Assembly (NCBI GenBank): GCA_043228905.1
Contig: JBHGNT010000011.1
Span: 14,136,001-14,200,000 of the forward strand
Direction of reading: 5' to 3'
Source: Azolla caroliniana
Lineage: Eukaryota; Plantae; Polypodiophyta
DNA: 64,000 nucleotides
Part shown: in pieces, positions 1-13,240 of the stretch
How positions within the stretch are numbered: position 1 is the stretch's first letter
Layout: the number at the start of each line of letters is the position of its first letter
The notes under the pieces: generated by a model
What the model saw: only the letters and a program-made list of their open reading frames with translations
Database searches by the model: none
Told to the model about the DNA's origin: nothing
Position numbers and translations under genes: made by a program

Positions 1-346
1 CCCGCCTCGACAGCCGGAGCGAGTCGTCGAACCCGTACTTCTCGAGGAGCTGCAGCTCGAACTCCTCCCGAGTCTGGCATCCAGCCAGCACCTCGAGCAC
101 CTCCGCATGGATGCCCGGCGTCACCACCCGAGGGAATCCGGACAGCCGCCTGTCCACCGGGATATCCCTCATGATCATTTCAGCCCGGTAAGCCTCCAAA
201 TAACTTGTGGCGTCTTTCCCTCCGAAACGGCCTATAGAGCTGACGATCGATTCAATAGCTCTGTCAAGGGTACCCGTTCCCTCACGAGCGCTCACCAGCC
301 GGTCGACGGCCACCGCCATTGTCTCCGCTAGCTCTGATCCCCTCAT
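1..346 (-). CDS. Gag-like protein, N-terminal part (partial; not in the ORF track because it has no stop in the window)
   Basis: Manual translation from ATG 346: MRGSELAETMAVAVDRLVSAREG...IGRFGGKDATSYLEAYRAEMIMRDIP...TREEFELQLLEKYG. Open to the window edge; gag-like FxGxD..YL..Y pattern; lies just after the PBS. Confidence 0.65.
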   Translation of the reverse strand, partial: MRGSELAETMAVAVDRLVSAREGTGTLDRAIESIVSSIGRFGGKDATSYLEAYRAEMIMRDIPVDRRLSGFPRVVTPGIHAEVLEVLAGCQTREEFELQLLEKYGFDDSLRLSRR

Positions 347-368
347 CTTTCAACTCCTTTGCCGCCTG

Positions 369-386
369 TTCACGTCGGGTTCACCA
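369..386 (-). promoter_or_regulatory. Primer-binding site complementary to the tRNA-Trp 3' end
   Basis: Plus strand TTCACGTCGGGTTCACCA matches the 3' 18 nt (including CCA) of plant cytosolic tRNA-Trp as I recall it; 4 nt from the LTR end. Confidence 0.75.
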
Positions 387-1632
387 AAGATGTCGCGTTA
401 TTACGCGCGTACGTGTGGAAAGGGGCGGGACCACGGGGGTCTTTGACCGAGGAGCGAGAGAGAGAGAGACAGAGAGAGATTCACCGACACGAAAAGCGAG
501 AAGGAAAGAGATAGAATCGTAACACTTAATTATAATGACAAGATATTACAATCCCTGACAGTTACAACCGACGTGGCGGCGACGGACCCGACACGGGGAC
601 CCTACTCACGCACACCGACGACAGTCACCCACCTCCAAGAAACAAAGGGAAAAGGGAGCGACTCTGCTGGAAGCACACGGGCTTTCCACGAAGTAGAGGC
701 AGCGCACTCCCATAGGCCGCGACGGACCCATAGTGAACGACGGCTCGAGGAGTAGAGAGAGAGCTCGGCTTCCCTTCTGCAGCAGCCCCTTCCCTTCTCC
801 CTCGCGTGCGATATCACTCTTTTCTTTCTCCTCTTGCCTTTTATCCCCTGTCCCCCTTTGGGATACGCACAATCCCCTCTAATAAATGCGTGTGGCTTAG
901 TAGTCACATCCACCGGTTCACGTACAAAGCATCCAGTCATGCGTCCATTCGTGTAGGGGCCGGTTTACGCGCTTTCTCTCCAATTCCGCCTATGGACGGT
1001 TTTCTTCACGACATTGTGCCACTTTGCCCTCCCTTCTCGAACCAGCCGCCACACGAAACGCTCTCCATCGAGGAGAGGAAGCCGAATCACCAAGTGTTGC
1101 CACCGGAATGCCTTAAGCCGTCGTTGTAGAAAGAGAGAGTAACACCAAAAACCCTAAACCGCATAAACCCTAACACGCATGAACTCTCACAAGAAGAAGA
1201 AGCTAAACGGAATACTAAAACCTCCACCCCAGAAGAAGGAATCAAACCCATAAGACAAAGAAGACGAAAACCAAAATGAAACCCTAAAACGAAAAATAGA
1301 ATGAAGGAGACCAAAGTGGAACCCTAAGAAAATAAGATTAAGAGAAAACCCTGAAACCCTAAATCTAATGGTATACCCCCCTAACTCAAAATGGGCAACC
1401 CTTCTACAAAGGGCAATCCCTTCATTTTATAGAACAAGGAGAGGGATGCGTAACAATGTGGGATAAATCCCTTATTACATGGGATCCTCTGTCCCGAATC
1501 AACTACTATCCGGCGCCATAATGGCGCCCCTATCATTTACACAATTCGTACAAGGGTGAGTGCACATGCTCCACCCCGCTGATTCTTCCGATATTCCCCG
1601 GTTTCTCACCATGGCCCAGAATCTTCACGACA

Positions 1633-1860
1633 GCATATTGTCTTGTACTTTATTGAACACATCGGCATAATGATGATACTTCTTTGGAAGTTGAACGGTG
1701 GACTCCTCTTTAGTGGTGTCGGAGGGTTTTACTGATATTTTAAAGAGAAACATTTCTTCCTTGCGTCCTTCTTCCCGCAACTGATGTAGCGAAATGGTTG
1801 CAATCTTCTGAGTAGATCCTCGGGCTTGTCGATACCGAATTTCTCTTGTTCTCCAATCTA
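1633..1860 (-). pseudogene. Decayed Ty3/Gypsy pol fragment (protease-RT linker)
   Basis: Minus-strand translation ...ESTVQLPKKYHHYADVFNKVQDNML resembles the LP..Y..Y.DVF motif preceding gypsy RT; flanked by two younger LTR insertions. Confidence 0.5.
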
Positions 1861-1867
1861 TTCCTGG

Positions 1868-4800
1868 TGTTGAGAATCAAGCTCAACATAACAAAACGTG
1901 TGAACACACCTTTTGAGAATCCATGATTACTCAAAGGTCAAGAGTCACACCACTACTCTCTACACATTAACTATGTGTCATACAATCATATTCTATGACA
2001 CATAACTAATGAGTTACATATTCCCCATGACTATGAGTCTTCACATTCCCCAAGAGAGAGAGTGGTTGTTGTAAGTTAATGAAGAGAGAGGGTGACTCTA
2101 TATAAAGAACCCTCCTCATACTTCATATTAAGTCGGTTGTGACTCCTTGTAATGCTACAGTTTTGTATCTCTATTCTACTTGTGAAATATACACCTTCTT
2201 CTTCAGTATTTTATTTCTCTTGCTTATCTATCTTGTGTTCTCTTCTCTCCTCTATTTTTCTCACACATAAACACACATATCTATTCCGTTGCACAAGAAT
2301 CACCAGCGATTCATTACATGGTGTCAGAGCGATTTGGTACCTCGATCTAGCCCACTCGCCTCTTCATGATCGTGTGTTGTGCTCTACGCCGACATTCAAG
2401 AAGAACCAGCTTATCGCAATCGTAGTACCACTACATAGCTCGTGTTGGAGAGAGAAGGAAAAGAAGAAAGGAAGCTTAATCGACAATGAGTACTCAAATG
2501 GGGAGCGCTCTCCCTAGCGAGAAGTTGGACCGAAACAACTTCGCATCTTGGGAGTACAAGATCCACCAATACCTTGTCGGCCAAGGCTATTAGGGTTACA
2601 TCAAGGGAGCACAAGAAAACCAACCCGACGCCGACTATGCAACGTGGGAGCAAGCGGCAAGTCGAGTGATGTATTGCTTGGCAACATGTGTTCACGACCA
2701 CATGCTCGGGTATATTCGAGAAGCCGAGACGCCAAAGTAAGCGTGGTAGAATCTACGAAAGATTTTCGCCGCCAACACAACCGCGAGATAGCTTCAACTC
2801 CGCCAAGAGTTGAACAACTTCCAACAAAGGGATATGTCCATCACAAGCTACACTTATAAGATCAAGGAGCATCAATGTGGATGATGATGAGATGGTGCAA
2901 ATATGCCTCGGTGGCCTTGCACCACGGTTCGGCGCAATGAGGAACCCCATACTAGCATGAGAGAATCCGCCCACCTTCTTCGACCTTCAATCCATGTTGT
3001 TGGTTGAAGAAAAACATGTTCGAACAAGGAGCAACGCCTCGGAAGACCACATGCTCTACACGCATTCGGATGGAGGAAGAGGACGTGGCCGTGCAAGAGA
3101 GGTTGATTCAGCCAAGGACGAGGCGGACTAGGCCTGACTTACGAAAACAACTCACAATTTCGGCATCAAGACGGAAGCCATCGAGGAACCTTCGGAAGAA
3201 GGGGGAGCTTCCATTCTGGTCCAAGCCGACAAAACTCGGTCGAATGCATATATTGCGGAAAAATCGGTCACCACGAAGAAGAATGTCGTAAGAAGATACG
3301 CGAGTCGGCTTCCACTAGCCGACAACTCACCAACTACGCCACCAACTCCGAGTACGATGATTACGGTGGATTATTCGTAATAAGACATAAAGTGAATTCT
3401 ATGTCGGCCTCTACTTCTACTAGTGCCTCCGGTTCGGAAGACGTATGGTTCGTCAATTCTGGTGCCTCGAACCATATGACGTCGCATCATGAATGGTTCC
3501 GAGAACTTTGAGAGCCGGACCGACCCGACTATGTTGAAACCAGAGACGACACTATGCACCCGATTCGGCACATCAGCAATGTTCCGATCGAAAAAGAAGG
3601 TAAGCAAACTTACATTAAAAATGTCTTGCATGTACCAACTATCACGAAGAATGTGGTCTCCGTCGGCCAAATTGTAGAGCAAGGAATGCAAGTTCGATTT
3701 AATCAAGGCGGTTGCTTCATTGAAAAAGAGGGCCGACTCATCGCGTGTGGACAGAGAGAGGGCCGCATGTTCATTCTCGACTCGCACGAGATGAAATCGG
3801 CCATGGTCGCAAAAGGCACGAAAACCGAGTCCGACATAGAGTTATGGCACGAGCGGATTGGCCATATCAACCTTCAAAAGTTCAAGGCAATGCAATCAAA
3901 AGGAGTCGTCATCGGACTCCCAACCTTCAAAGAGAGAGAGATTGAAGGTGTATGTGCGGCTTGCCAATTCGGCAAGCAACATCGACATCCATTTCCGAAG
4001 GAGAGGAATGTAAGCAAAGGCGTACTCGACGTAATTCATTCCGATGTATGGGGAGCAGTTCAAACGGCGACATTCGGAGGATGCCGATACTACGTGACCT
4101 TTATTGACGACTTCTCTAGGTACACTTGGATCTACCCGATGCGGCAAAAGAGCGAAGTGTTCAAACACTTCCAAAAATTCAAGACTGGAGTTGAAAAAGC
4201 TACGAGTCGACACGTACGGTGCCTTCGATCGGATGGAGGCAAGGAATATTTCTTGGATGAGTTTACAGCGTATCTACGGAAAGAAGGAATTCGGCGAGAG
4301 TTTTCATGTTGACATACACCACAACAAAATGGAGTGGCTGAACGAAATAATCGACACATCCTCGAAGTGGCACGGGCCATGATGAACGAAAAGCACGTGC
4401 CGAAGTCGTATTGGGCAGAAGCAGCTAACACGGATGTATACCTCATGAATCGGTGTACGAAATCGGGTGTGCACGAACTTACTCTGCACGAGAAGTTTTT
4501 CGGAAAGAAGCCGGACCTATCGCATGTTCATATATTCGGCTCCATTGCGTATGTGCACATCCCCGACGAAAAGCCACAAAAGCTCGACCCGAAGTTGAAG
4601 AAATGTATTCTCATCAGATACTCACTGGACCAAAAGGGGTACATATGCTACAACCCCTCGACTCAAAAATTTTGTGTAAGTCGAGACGTCGTTTTTGACA
4701 AGTCCGCATCCTGGTACGCACCAGAGAAAACTTCGACTCTGATTCCGCTCGACCTGGAATCCGCCGAACCAGAGATAGAGGATGAAGATCGCCTTATGCG

Positions 4801-5104
4801 CATGTTCTAAGAAAGTCCGATCACGACCCGACTGAGCGGACCACAAGAGCCTCCGAGCGATCAAAGCACATCTCAAGCGAGTCTGAAGCTAGACAAAGGG
4901 AAAACCAAAATGCCGGAGTATGAAGATGATCATTTCGACGGCATCAAATCTACTCACTCCCTTGATAGTGAGTTCGAAGGCCTTGACATCCAAACAAATG
5001 GAGTAAAGAAAGCCTTAGAATCCGCAAATGAGAACCTTCGAAGATCCACCCATGAAAAGAACCCCGTAAGCTTCGAAGGCCTTGACATCCAGACAAATGG
5101 AGTA
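1868..5104 (+). mobile_element. Truncated Ty1/Copia element (Copia-1): 5' LTR 1868-2318, PBS 2319-2330, decayed gag-protease-integrase, no RT or 3' LTR
   Basis: TGTTGAG...TTACA LTR, PBS TGGTGTCAGAGC (iMet-like), gag from ~2486, ORFs 3554-4312 and 4334-4810 with WHERIGH, CxxC, HSDVWG, LRSDGGKEY, AERNNR. Same family as the elements at 21.5-26.5 kb and 47.8-53.4 kb. Confidence 0.92.
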
Positions 5105-5199
5105 GTCCTAAAGCTTCTAGAATGTTCTAGAGAAATCTGGAATATACAATAATTTTCTATAGTAAAACTTAAATAAAAATAATATCCTACGTATTACAA

Positions 5200-6250
5200 T
5201 AGATAGTGTAATGGTCCTGAGTATTGCCATATCATGACATTAGATACCTAGGTCAGTATGGACATTGATGGATTAGAAAACTACAATATACTAGTGGAAA
5301 AAATAAAACTATCCTTTGCATGCAAGATTGTGATTGCAAATCAGATTCTAATGGCCACTATATGGCATACTGCTACATGTTTGATAATCGTGCCCAAGTT
5401 GATGAAATTGATAAAAAGGCTTATCAAAATTTTCTTATGGGGGGCATTGAGGAAAACATGCTTGCGCAAAGGTTGTGTAGACCACACTTATAAAAGGAAA
5501 AAGTGAAGGCGGGACGAGATTGATAGATCCCGTGGTGCAAACGAAGGCCTTGTTGAGAAAATTGGTGGTCAGGAGCTTGCGACCACCTGAGGCACCTTGG
5601 AAAATTCTATGGAGACACAAATGGAAGATGTGGATCCCAAGACAAGGTGTAAGTTGGACAAGCAGCCCTTTTTGGGGATTTGTGCCAGAAATGTGACCCA
5701 AATGTTGGGGATGTATGCAGAGTATATGTGCAGCTAGAATTATGAAGGCGTGGTAGGGAATCAGAAAGGGGATCACATGTAGGTGGAGAAATGATGCATA
5801 TGCCCGGTTGTACATGCCAATTGTGTGGAACCCACTGATTAGAGATGTGGATGGGTTGATGATAGGACAAAAAGCAAGTTTCAAATGGGTCAACTTAATC
5901 AATGTCCAAGGGAATGCGTTAGCGGATTGGAAGAGATTTCTGTCTAATGATGTGGGCACACAAAAGGCTAGGATATGGAGGATAAGTAGGAGTAAAAGCA
6001 TGCTCAAGAGAATTACAAATGCCATTGCACATGGCAGGCAAGCCTTGGAAGATGAAGATATAATTACCCCATTGATGCTAAAAACTATCTAAGTGGGATT
6101 AAGGGAATGAAAGCAGGATATAATGAGGCATGTTGCTACAAAATAGAACATGGAATGGCAATATGCAAGCTACCAACCTATGAAACTGATAGGCCGATCA
6201 AGCTGATTGCAAAAAAATGAAAAGGATATGATGATTGATCCCAAGCCGAG
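5200..6250 (+). mobile_element. Degenerate non-LTR (L1-like LINE) ORF2 fragment
   Basis: LSFACKIVIANQILMATIWH...LIKIFLWG then K.EGG..L.DP..Q..ALL.KL..R...PWK, typical of the post-RT region of L1 ORF2; many stops and frameshifts. Confidence 0.7.
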
Positions 6251-6559
6251 TAACATAACACAATGGTGTGGACACATGCATGCTTGCCACCTCATAGGCA
6301 TGCATGATCACCACTTGTCATTCATGCAAGCATGACTTGGTGATCATGAGTTAGCCCATGCAAGGTGACGACATTTCATAATATTGCATATGTATCTTAA
6401 TGATCTGATGAAAGCTATTAAAGATAATATATATAATCTAATCTATCTTAGTGGTTTAAATCTCTATTCCAAGTTTGGAGTTTTGGTATATGTTCATACC
6501 AAAATCCACCTAAACCAATTGCCACGATTCTTGAATCCATCAAACATCAAACTCTACAT

Positions 6560-8597
6560 TATTTTCTTATTATATCCACGACATATTGGCATCAAAGTTC
6601 AAAGGATTGGTAGCCAAACTCATCATCGCCGTATCCAAGGAATATGCATGGTCGGGACTTCGGGTCCAATTTGACTCTCTTGTCCTTTCTTACATGCACG
6701 TAGGCGAGATAGCCGAGCACCTGCAGATGCCGATAGGACACGTCTTTACCGGTCCATACTCTTTGTGGTGTGTCTTCATCCAAGGGCGCTGAGAGGGTGA
6801 TCTGTTTATCACGTAGGTTGTTGTCATCAATGCCTCAGCCCAAAACGTCTTGGACAACTTAACATGTGCCAGCATGCTTCAAACTCTCTCCATCATAGTC
6901 TGGTTCATCCTTTCAGCCAATCCGTTCAGTTCCAGTGTCTTCAGCACGGTGAATTCAAGTTGGATTCCCTTCGACCTGCAATACTCCTCGAATTACCCCC
7001 AGTATTCACCTCTGTTGTCCGCTCGAACTACCTTCAGCTTCCAACCTGTTTCCCTTTCCACTCTCGTGTGGAATTCCTTGAAGACGGTTAGCACCTGATT
7101 CTTTGTCTTCAACGGTGAGACCCACAGCTTCCGGTTGTGATCATCTATGAACGTCATGAAGTATTGCGACCTAGCATGCGACTTCGTGTCCACCTGGCAT
7201 ACATCGGTATACACAAGCTCCAACGATGCATTCCGTCTCGACAGTGATTGGGTTCAGAAAGAGGTTTGGTTTTGTTTGTTGCCAAGGAATCGGTGCACTT
7301 CTCGAGTTGCACGTCTTTCACTTCCGAAATGAGGTTATCTTCGTCAAGTCGTCCCATCCCTTTCTGGCTAATGTGACACAACCTCTTGTGCCACAGCTCA
7401 CAAGCAGTGTCGGATGCAATGTTTACTTCCTCCCAACTGATCCGGGTGTGCATCAGGTACAAGGTGTGGATCTTTCGGGCTCGGGCCACGATCAAGCTTT
7501 CTTTGCTGAACTTCATGACTCCATTCCAAATGCTACCCATGTAGCCTTCATCATCTAGCCGATCGGCTGATATCAGGTTCAACCAAACCTCCAAAACGTG
7601 TCAAACATCTTTCAAGAATAACATGCACCCAGTTGACGTTGTCAGCCACACGTCTCCTATGCCGACAATTAGACATGCACCTTCATTCCCCATCCTCACA
7701 CATCCGTGATCTCTGACTCTGTAGGATGCAAAGCACTTTGGGTCGGGGATCAGATGGAACGACGCTCTAGAGTCGACCAACCACGTCCTTTCGTCGCTGA
7801 CAAGATATAGCTCACTCTCCTCGGTGATGAGCAGCAGTTCTTCTTCATTTGTCACGATTGTCGACGTTCCTTTCCGATCCGCACTCTTCCGGTCCGGACC
7901 CTGCTTGGTATCGGAGTCTCACTAACTTTCGGAATACTAAGACCCAATTCAGTTCCTCATCTTCAACTTCCATACTGAGTAGTTGGGATTGATGAGCTTG
8001 AACATGCCACCGAATGGATCTTCCATGCTCTGATACCAATTTGGCGGAAATAGTGCTCGACCACAACCGAGTTTCAAACGCATGATGGAAGAAATAAACA
8101 GAAAATAGCAATGCACTTCCGAGATAGAGGAGATGACACCAGATGTTAACGTAGAAAACCATCATCGGGGAAAAAAACCACGGGAACCCACAGACTCCAA
8201 CTATCACTATGAGAGAGGAAAGGTACCACAAATAAGAGCCTCAAAGGCAACAACCTTGAGCTCTATCTTCGCCTTCAACGGTCACATCAAAAAAAACTTT
8301 CCTCTATATCTCTTTCTCACTCTCTATCTCACTATACAACAATAATGATGATCACACACATGACAATGTTGCCCTAGTTATATTTATACTTATATAACTT
8401 TGGGACTATTTACAAATATGACCTCAATGGTCACATCTTAACATATTTACTAATATGTTCCTATTTTCTAGTTCATACCGAATCCGGCCGAACTCCTTCC
8501 CGATTCATTTGATCCGGTTTCTTCCTTCGTATCGTCCGATTAGGCTTGTCCGGTTCTCATCCAAATCCCATTCGGAGGGACCTGTTTCTAAAAAACA
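6560..8597 (-). mobile_element. Internally deleted, truncated Ty1/Copia (Tnt1/Tork-like): LTR ~8042-8597, PBS 8027-8038, gag start, protease, integrase
   Basis: PBS TGGTATCAGAGC directly followed by ATG (MEDPFGGMFKL..NYSVWK); WLVDSRASFH, LWHKRLCHIS, VYTDVC, VRADNRGEY, KLDPKSRPCIFLGY. Confidence 0.85.
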
Positions 8598-9317
8598 TAT
8601 CAGTATGCACCAATTTGCCTTTTGGTGCACTATTACAAATGGCAATACAGAAAGTGTCCCATATATATTCGCACTCCTAGGGTTTCCCATTCGAATGCAA
8701 ACGAATACACATACAAATGCATGGTCAAGTATTCGTTTAACCAAAAAGAAAAAAAAGAAGTCCAAGAACTCCCTCCTTTTTTACTTTACTAGGATAAAAA
8801 AAAGGGACTTGACAATAAAAAAGGGACATTAAAAGAGAAACTTGACACTAATAAATTTTTATAATAAATATAAAAGTATTCGTTTTATTTTTAATAAATA
8901 AATAAAATAAAATAAAGGTTCATTAATTCCTCACTTTTTATTCTCTCAAAAATTATGGATATTTTTATTTTGACATTAAAAATTGGACTTCACACTAATC
9001 CTATTTCTATCATAAATATACAAAAATTCGGTTTTTTTAAAATTAATTAGTTAAAATAAAGATTTATAAACTTCTCCATTTTTTATTTGACGCTATAAAG
9101 GAGAGTTAATACTAATTATATGTTTATAATCTATTAATGAATTATTGTTCTTTTCTTAGTGAATTAAATTTATTTAAATAAAAAAATGAATTAATTAATA
9201 TTTTATATATTTATTTTGTAAAACGAATGATTTTATAATATTCTTGGGACCATTTCGTATTCTCGAATATTGCGAATATCACGCATGGAGAATATGATGA
9301 ATATCACGCATTTGTCA

Positions 9318-9770
9318 ATTGATGATTTCAAATCATCATCTATGGTCATCTTTTGAGCTTGCAACTGAGACCATAATACATCAAACTCATTTAGATGAGA
9401 AGCAACATGATCAGTGTCCTTCATGTGAAAGTCATAGAGCTTTCTCATCAAAAACACTTTGTTGATGTAGTTTCCTTCTCATATGTATGGATAACCTTTT
9501 CCAAAGTTCTTCGGAATTTTTACTATCCTTCATGTGAAAGTCATAGAGCTTTCTCATCAAAAACACTTTGTTGATGTAGTTTCCTTCTCATATGTATGTA
9601 TAACTTTTTCCAAAGTTCTTCGGAATTTTTACTGTCTTAAACAGTGAAATAGACACTATCTACCAAGTGCAATCTTATAGTAGACATGGTCAGAGCATCA
9701 AGTCCCTCCCAATCATCATCATCCATGTCATCAAGTTTCTTTGCTTTGCCGCCTAGAGGCCTCGTTTGCC
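9318..9770 (-). pseudogene. Copia gag fragment containing a 109-bp tandem duplication (~9415-9632)
   Basis: KVFLMRKLYDFHMKDTDHVASHLNEFD (UBN2/gag-like); the block CATGTGAAAGTCATAGAGC... recurs at 9422 and 9531. Confidence 0.7.
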
Positions 9771-10689
9771 TCTTTGAACCATTGCATCACACATATGATT
9801 CTTGCACAAAGCAAAATTTGATCTATCAAATTTGTGGATCTCAATATGATCTTTTCCAAGAAACTAATAATCCTTACATTAACTACTATGACCAACAGAA
9901 GTGCTACTAGATACATCCAACATTTCCGACTCCATGGGAGTGAACAACAATATCAAAAATGTCAAAGTGATACCAATGAGTGATATAACATGCACCACTA
10001 TGGATACACCTTCCAAGTATCAACTACAACTAGCATATGTTTCTAAAATGACAAGTTGTAGGCATCTGTTATGCCCCCACAGTGATTCCAAGTCTCTGTC
10101 AAATGTATTGAGGTTTCCCACCACAACTTATTTCCACTAACAAATATGTTGAGCAAGTGTGAGAGTTTGAATCAAAGGAATACCTATGGATAACAAGTTG
10201 TTTTCTTCCTGTCAAAGGAAAAAAAAAATGTTGAAGATGCCCAACGGTAGATCAATGCATCAACCAAGCGGCTCCATTCTCCAACGCGATGCTACACGCT
10301 CCTAAGCTCCCTATTGCGGTCTTCCAATACTCTGAAACCACTGTTATTGGTCGGTGAAGCAAAGAAATGCATTTCTTCTCCAGGACTTTGGATGCACGGA
10401 CAACAAAGGAAGAGGAGAACTCTGAGAGTGCCGACCACACATAGGTGAGGGCGGCAATCATTCTATATTTTGCATAGCGGAGAAGTTCTCACCCCAAATA
10501 GCTAAAAATGGAAAAATATGTAAAAATGAGAGCACAAACCATTTTGGCCTTTTCACGCTATGTACATGTAGCAATGTTGGTGAATCATTAGCTAAGTATT
10601 ATTTGCCACAACATGTTGACTCTATGAATAGAACTAAAACACACTAGAATGGGGTTTAGGTAATCAACTAGTTGTATGTCATCACCAAG

Positions 10690-10979
10690 CTACATAATGT
10701 TGTCGCTCCACTAATTAGCTATTATAGGTTCTCTCTTAGCTAATTAGTTACTAAAGATTGTCTCATAACTACTAGAGGTTGTAACAGAGGTAATTAGCTA
10801 CTGGCAGTGATAAATTAGCTAATTACCTACTAGGGACCAAATCGTTAAGTAGCTACTAGTAGTGACAGCTTAGCTAATTAGCTAGTAAAGGTTGTCACTT
10901 AGTTAATTAGCTACTAGAAGTTATCACCTAACGAATTCAACCTTAATGAATTAGTAACGAGATGTTTGATCCAAAAACT
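10690..10979. repeat. AATTAGCTA/TAGCTAATTAGCTA-rich dispersed repeat, left half (interrupted by the DNA transposon)
   Basis: Many AATTAGCTA(C)T motifs; continues at 29282-29860; homologous to 61420-61760. Confidence 0.65.
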
Positions 10980-10983
10980 ACTT

Positions 10984-11020
10984 AACACCGGGTCATTTGA
11001 AACAGGTAATAAGTCGCATT
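10984..11020 (+). repeat. Left terminal inverted repeat
   Basis: AACACCGGGTCATTTGAAACAGGTAATAAGTCGCATT. Confidence 0.95.
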
Positions 11021-13240
11021 TTAAGAACACTACATCGAAAAAGGGCACAAAACCACGAAGTTTACAAAAAGACGTGACGCATGCGTAAAGCTTTTCAAAA
11101 AATGTGGCAAAATATATTGAATTTCAACATGACTACCACTTTTAGACATAAGTAAAATGCCTAACAATATACATCGCCAAAATTACAAAAGAATGTACAA
11201 CATGACTACTAGCTATAATTATACATATTCGTGATTTAACATCTGAAACTAATTTGCAAAGTTTCAGATCATGTAGTAAAACGATCCCGAGCTTGAACCA
11301 AGTCAACATTTTAAGACATGTCTGATGGACTGGAAGAGCATTCTGACGTCTCATCCTCATCATCAGTGGCAATCAATGCATTATCTTCGTCCAATTCCAA
11401 GCCAACATCTTTGTGGTTATGAGAATTACTTCTGGTTAGTCTCTATATATTGTTTGATACCATATTTGGGATTTTCTCCTTTATTATCTTGATGGTGGCT
11501 TGTCTTAGATGGCCTGATTTTGTCAATGAGAAGTCGTATACTAGTATGTCAACACGGTCTAGTGCGAGAGTAGATGTGCTCGGTATATTCTTTCTTCTTC
11601 TCTTTCTGCTTGAACATCCGACATCCTTAACCATCTCTAAAGAATACTTTCCCATAAATGCATCAGGTGAAGATGTCTGATACTAGTGGACCACAATTGA
11701 CTTTGTCTGATTGCCTTCTTCATCCTTCACTAATTCAATAATTTTTGCAATCCAAAATGGATGGCCCAAGTTATCATCCCCAGCTAATGTTGCGACCAAC
11801 ATTCCAACTTGTAGTTCTTGCAAATTACCTTGCCATCTTACCTCAACAATACGTGACTTTCTTGGTTCCACGTAAATAGCTCTTTGCAGTGGTCGAACTA
11901 AATAATGAAGCTCTATATTATTCGATGGTTGATTATGAGTTGGCGATATCATTGATGACACCCCAATATTCCATGTGAATGGGTTATGGATTGGCCAAAA
12001 TCCGGCAATGTAATTATCTAAAATGGTGTGTTGATGGGTGAAGATCTCCCACCATTCAACATCCTCATCACTAGCGTACTTCTTGGTGCGATCAATATTC
12101 TTTTGTTTCTCTTCAAGACATCGCAACCAATATGCCCTTTGTTCATCAATAGAACTATTGGGTGCCACATTTTTATGATCATCATATGGCATTTGCTGTG
12201 CACCATGCAGTGGTGCATCTGGGATATGAAGTAGGAGCCTACAACCTTCTTGGGGCTCCCATTGTGTACTAGATGAGTATTGTTTTGCAAACAACACCGT
12301 CATCTTGAGGTGGGCCGAGGTTTGTTTTATGAGGAAGACATGGTTGAAACTTATATTATTAAGAGGTGCAAGCACCCTACATTTAGTCCCACCACCATCC
12401 ATGCAGAAACGTTTAAAGTCGTACACTTCATTCAAGTGATGTACTTCAAGCTTTGGTGTATATGCTTCACTTATCAATTTTGATAGCGTGGTAAGCGTGA
12501 AAGCATTACAACGAGCTAGTTTCTTTGAGAACCTACTAAACATTTGATCTATGTGATCATGGGTATGACCAACTAATAAGAAGTTGACCTTTATCTTTTT
12601 AAATATGCCCCTCTCTACTAGCATGCTTAGATAACCGAAGACAGTTGAGTTTTTATTCTCTCTTGATATATTGTCTAGTTGCACGTATAGAACTGGCGAT
12701 ACTATGCTTGACCATGATTGCAATACTCTGTGCATGACGGTGACAGTGAGATTAGGGTCGTTGTGGATATTAGGATAAGTTGAGTATTAGAGACATGTAC
12801 TAAAGTAAGCATTAGATAAGGATAGATCTAGGTAGATAGAAAGAAAGGAGAGAAAGAAAGAAGGGTGCCGATCCACCCGACCACCCCCGAGCGAAGAGAT
12901 CGAGACGGACTCAAGCCTCGATCGGCGTCCCATACCACCTTCGTGGCGTCGAGTCATACCTGGTGCTGGTGCGCTCACTACAAGAGTTGACCCACCACAA
13001 GACAGAGTCTCGACGTAGTCAACAAGATGATGAAATGAGGGTAGCTAGGCCTCTTATTTATAGTGATACCCAAGGCCCCCAGGCAAGTTCACACTTGGCC
13101 TAATGGGTTGTCTCAATCCCGAGGATTAAAAGTTATCCTCCCCTTCTTTACACTCTCGTTTAACCCTCACACTTATCCACGTGTATAGAATACTACGGTA
13201 AATTCTCACCACGGGATATTATATGGTCATGCCCGTAACA

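Larger units (their letters stand above)
1..1632 (-). mobile_element. 5' part of a Ty3/Gypsy-like LTR retrotransposon (5' LTR ~391-1632, PBS 369-386, gag running off the window)
   Basis: LTR termini TGTCGTG...CGCGACA on the minus strand, followed by a PBS and an ATG-initiated Gag-like ORF. The 1632 boundary cuts into an older gypsy pol fragment. Confidence 0.7.

Noticed and set aside
369-386. tRNA-Trp gene
   Set aside because: Only the 3' 18 nt including CCA are present, next to an LTR; it is a PBS, not a cloverleaf.
8677-9310. Possible hAT/MITE remnant starting TAGGG
   Set aside because: No matching right TIR or TSD.
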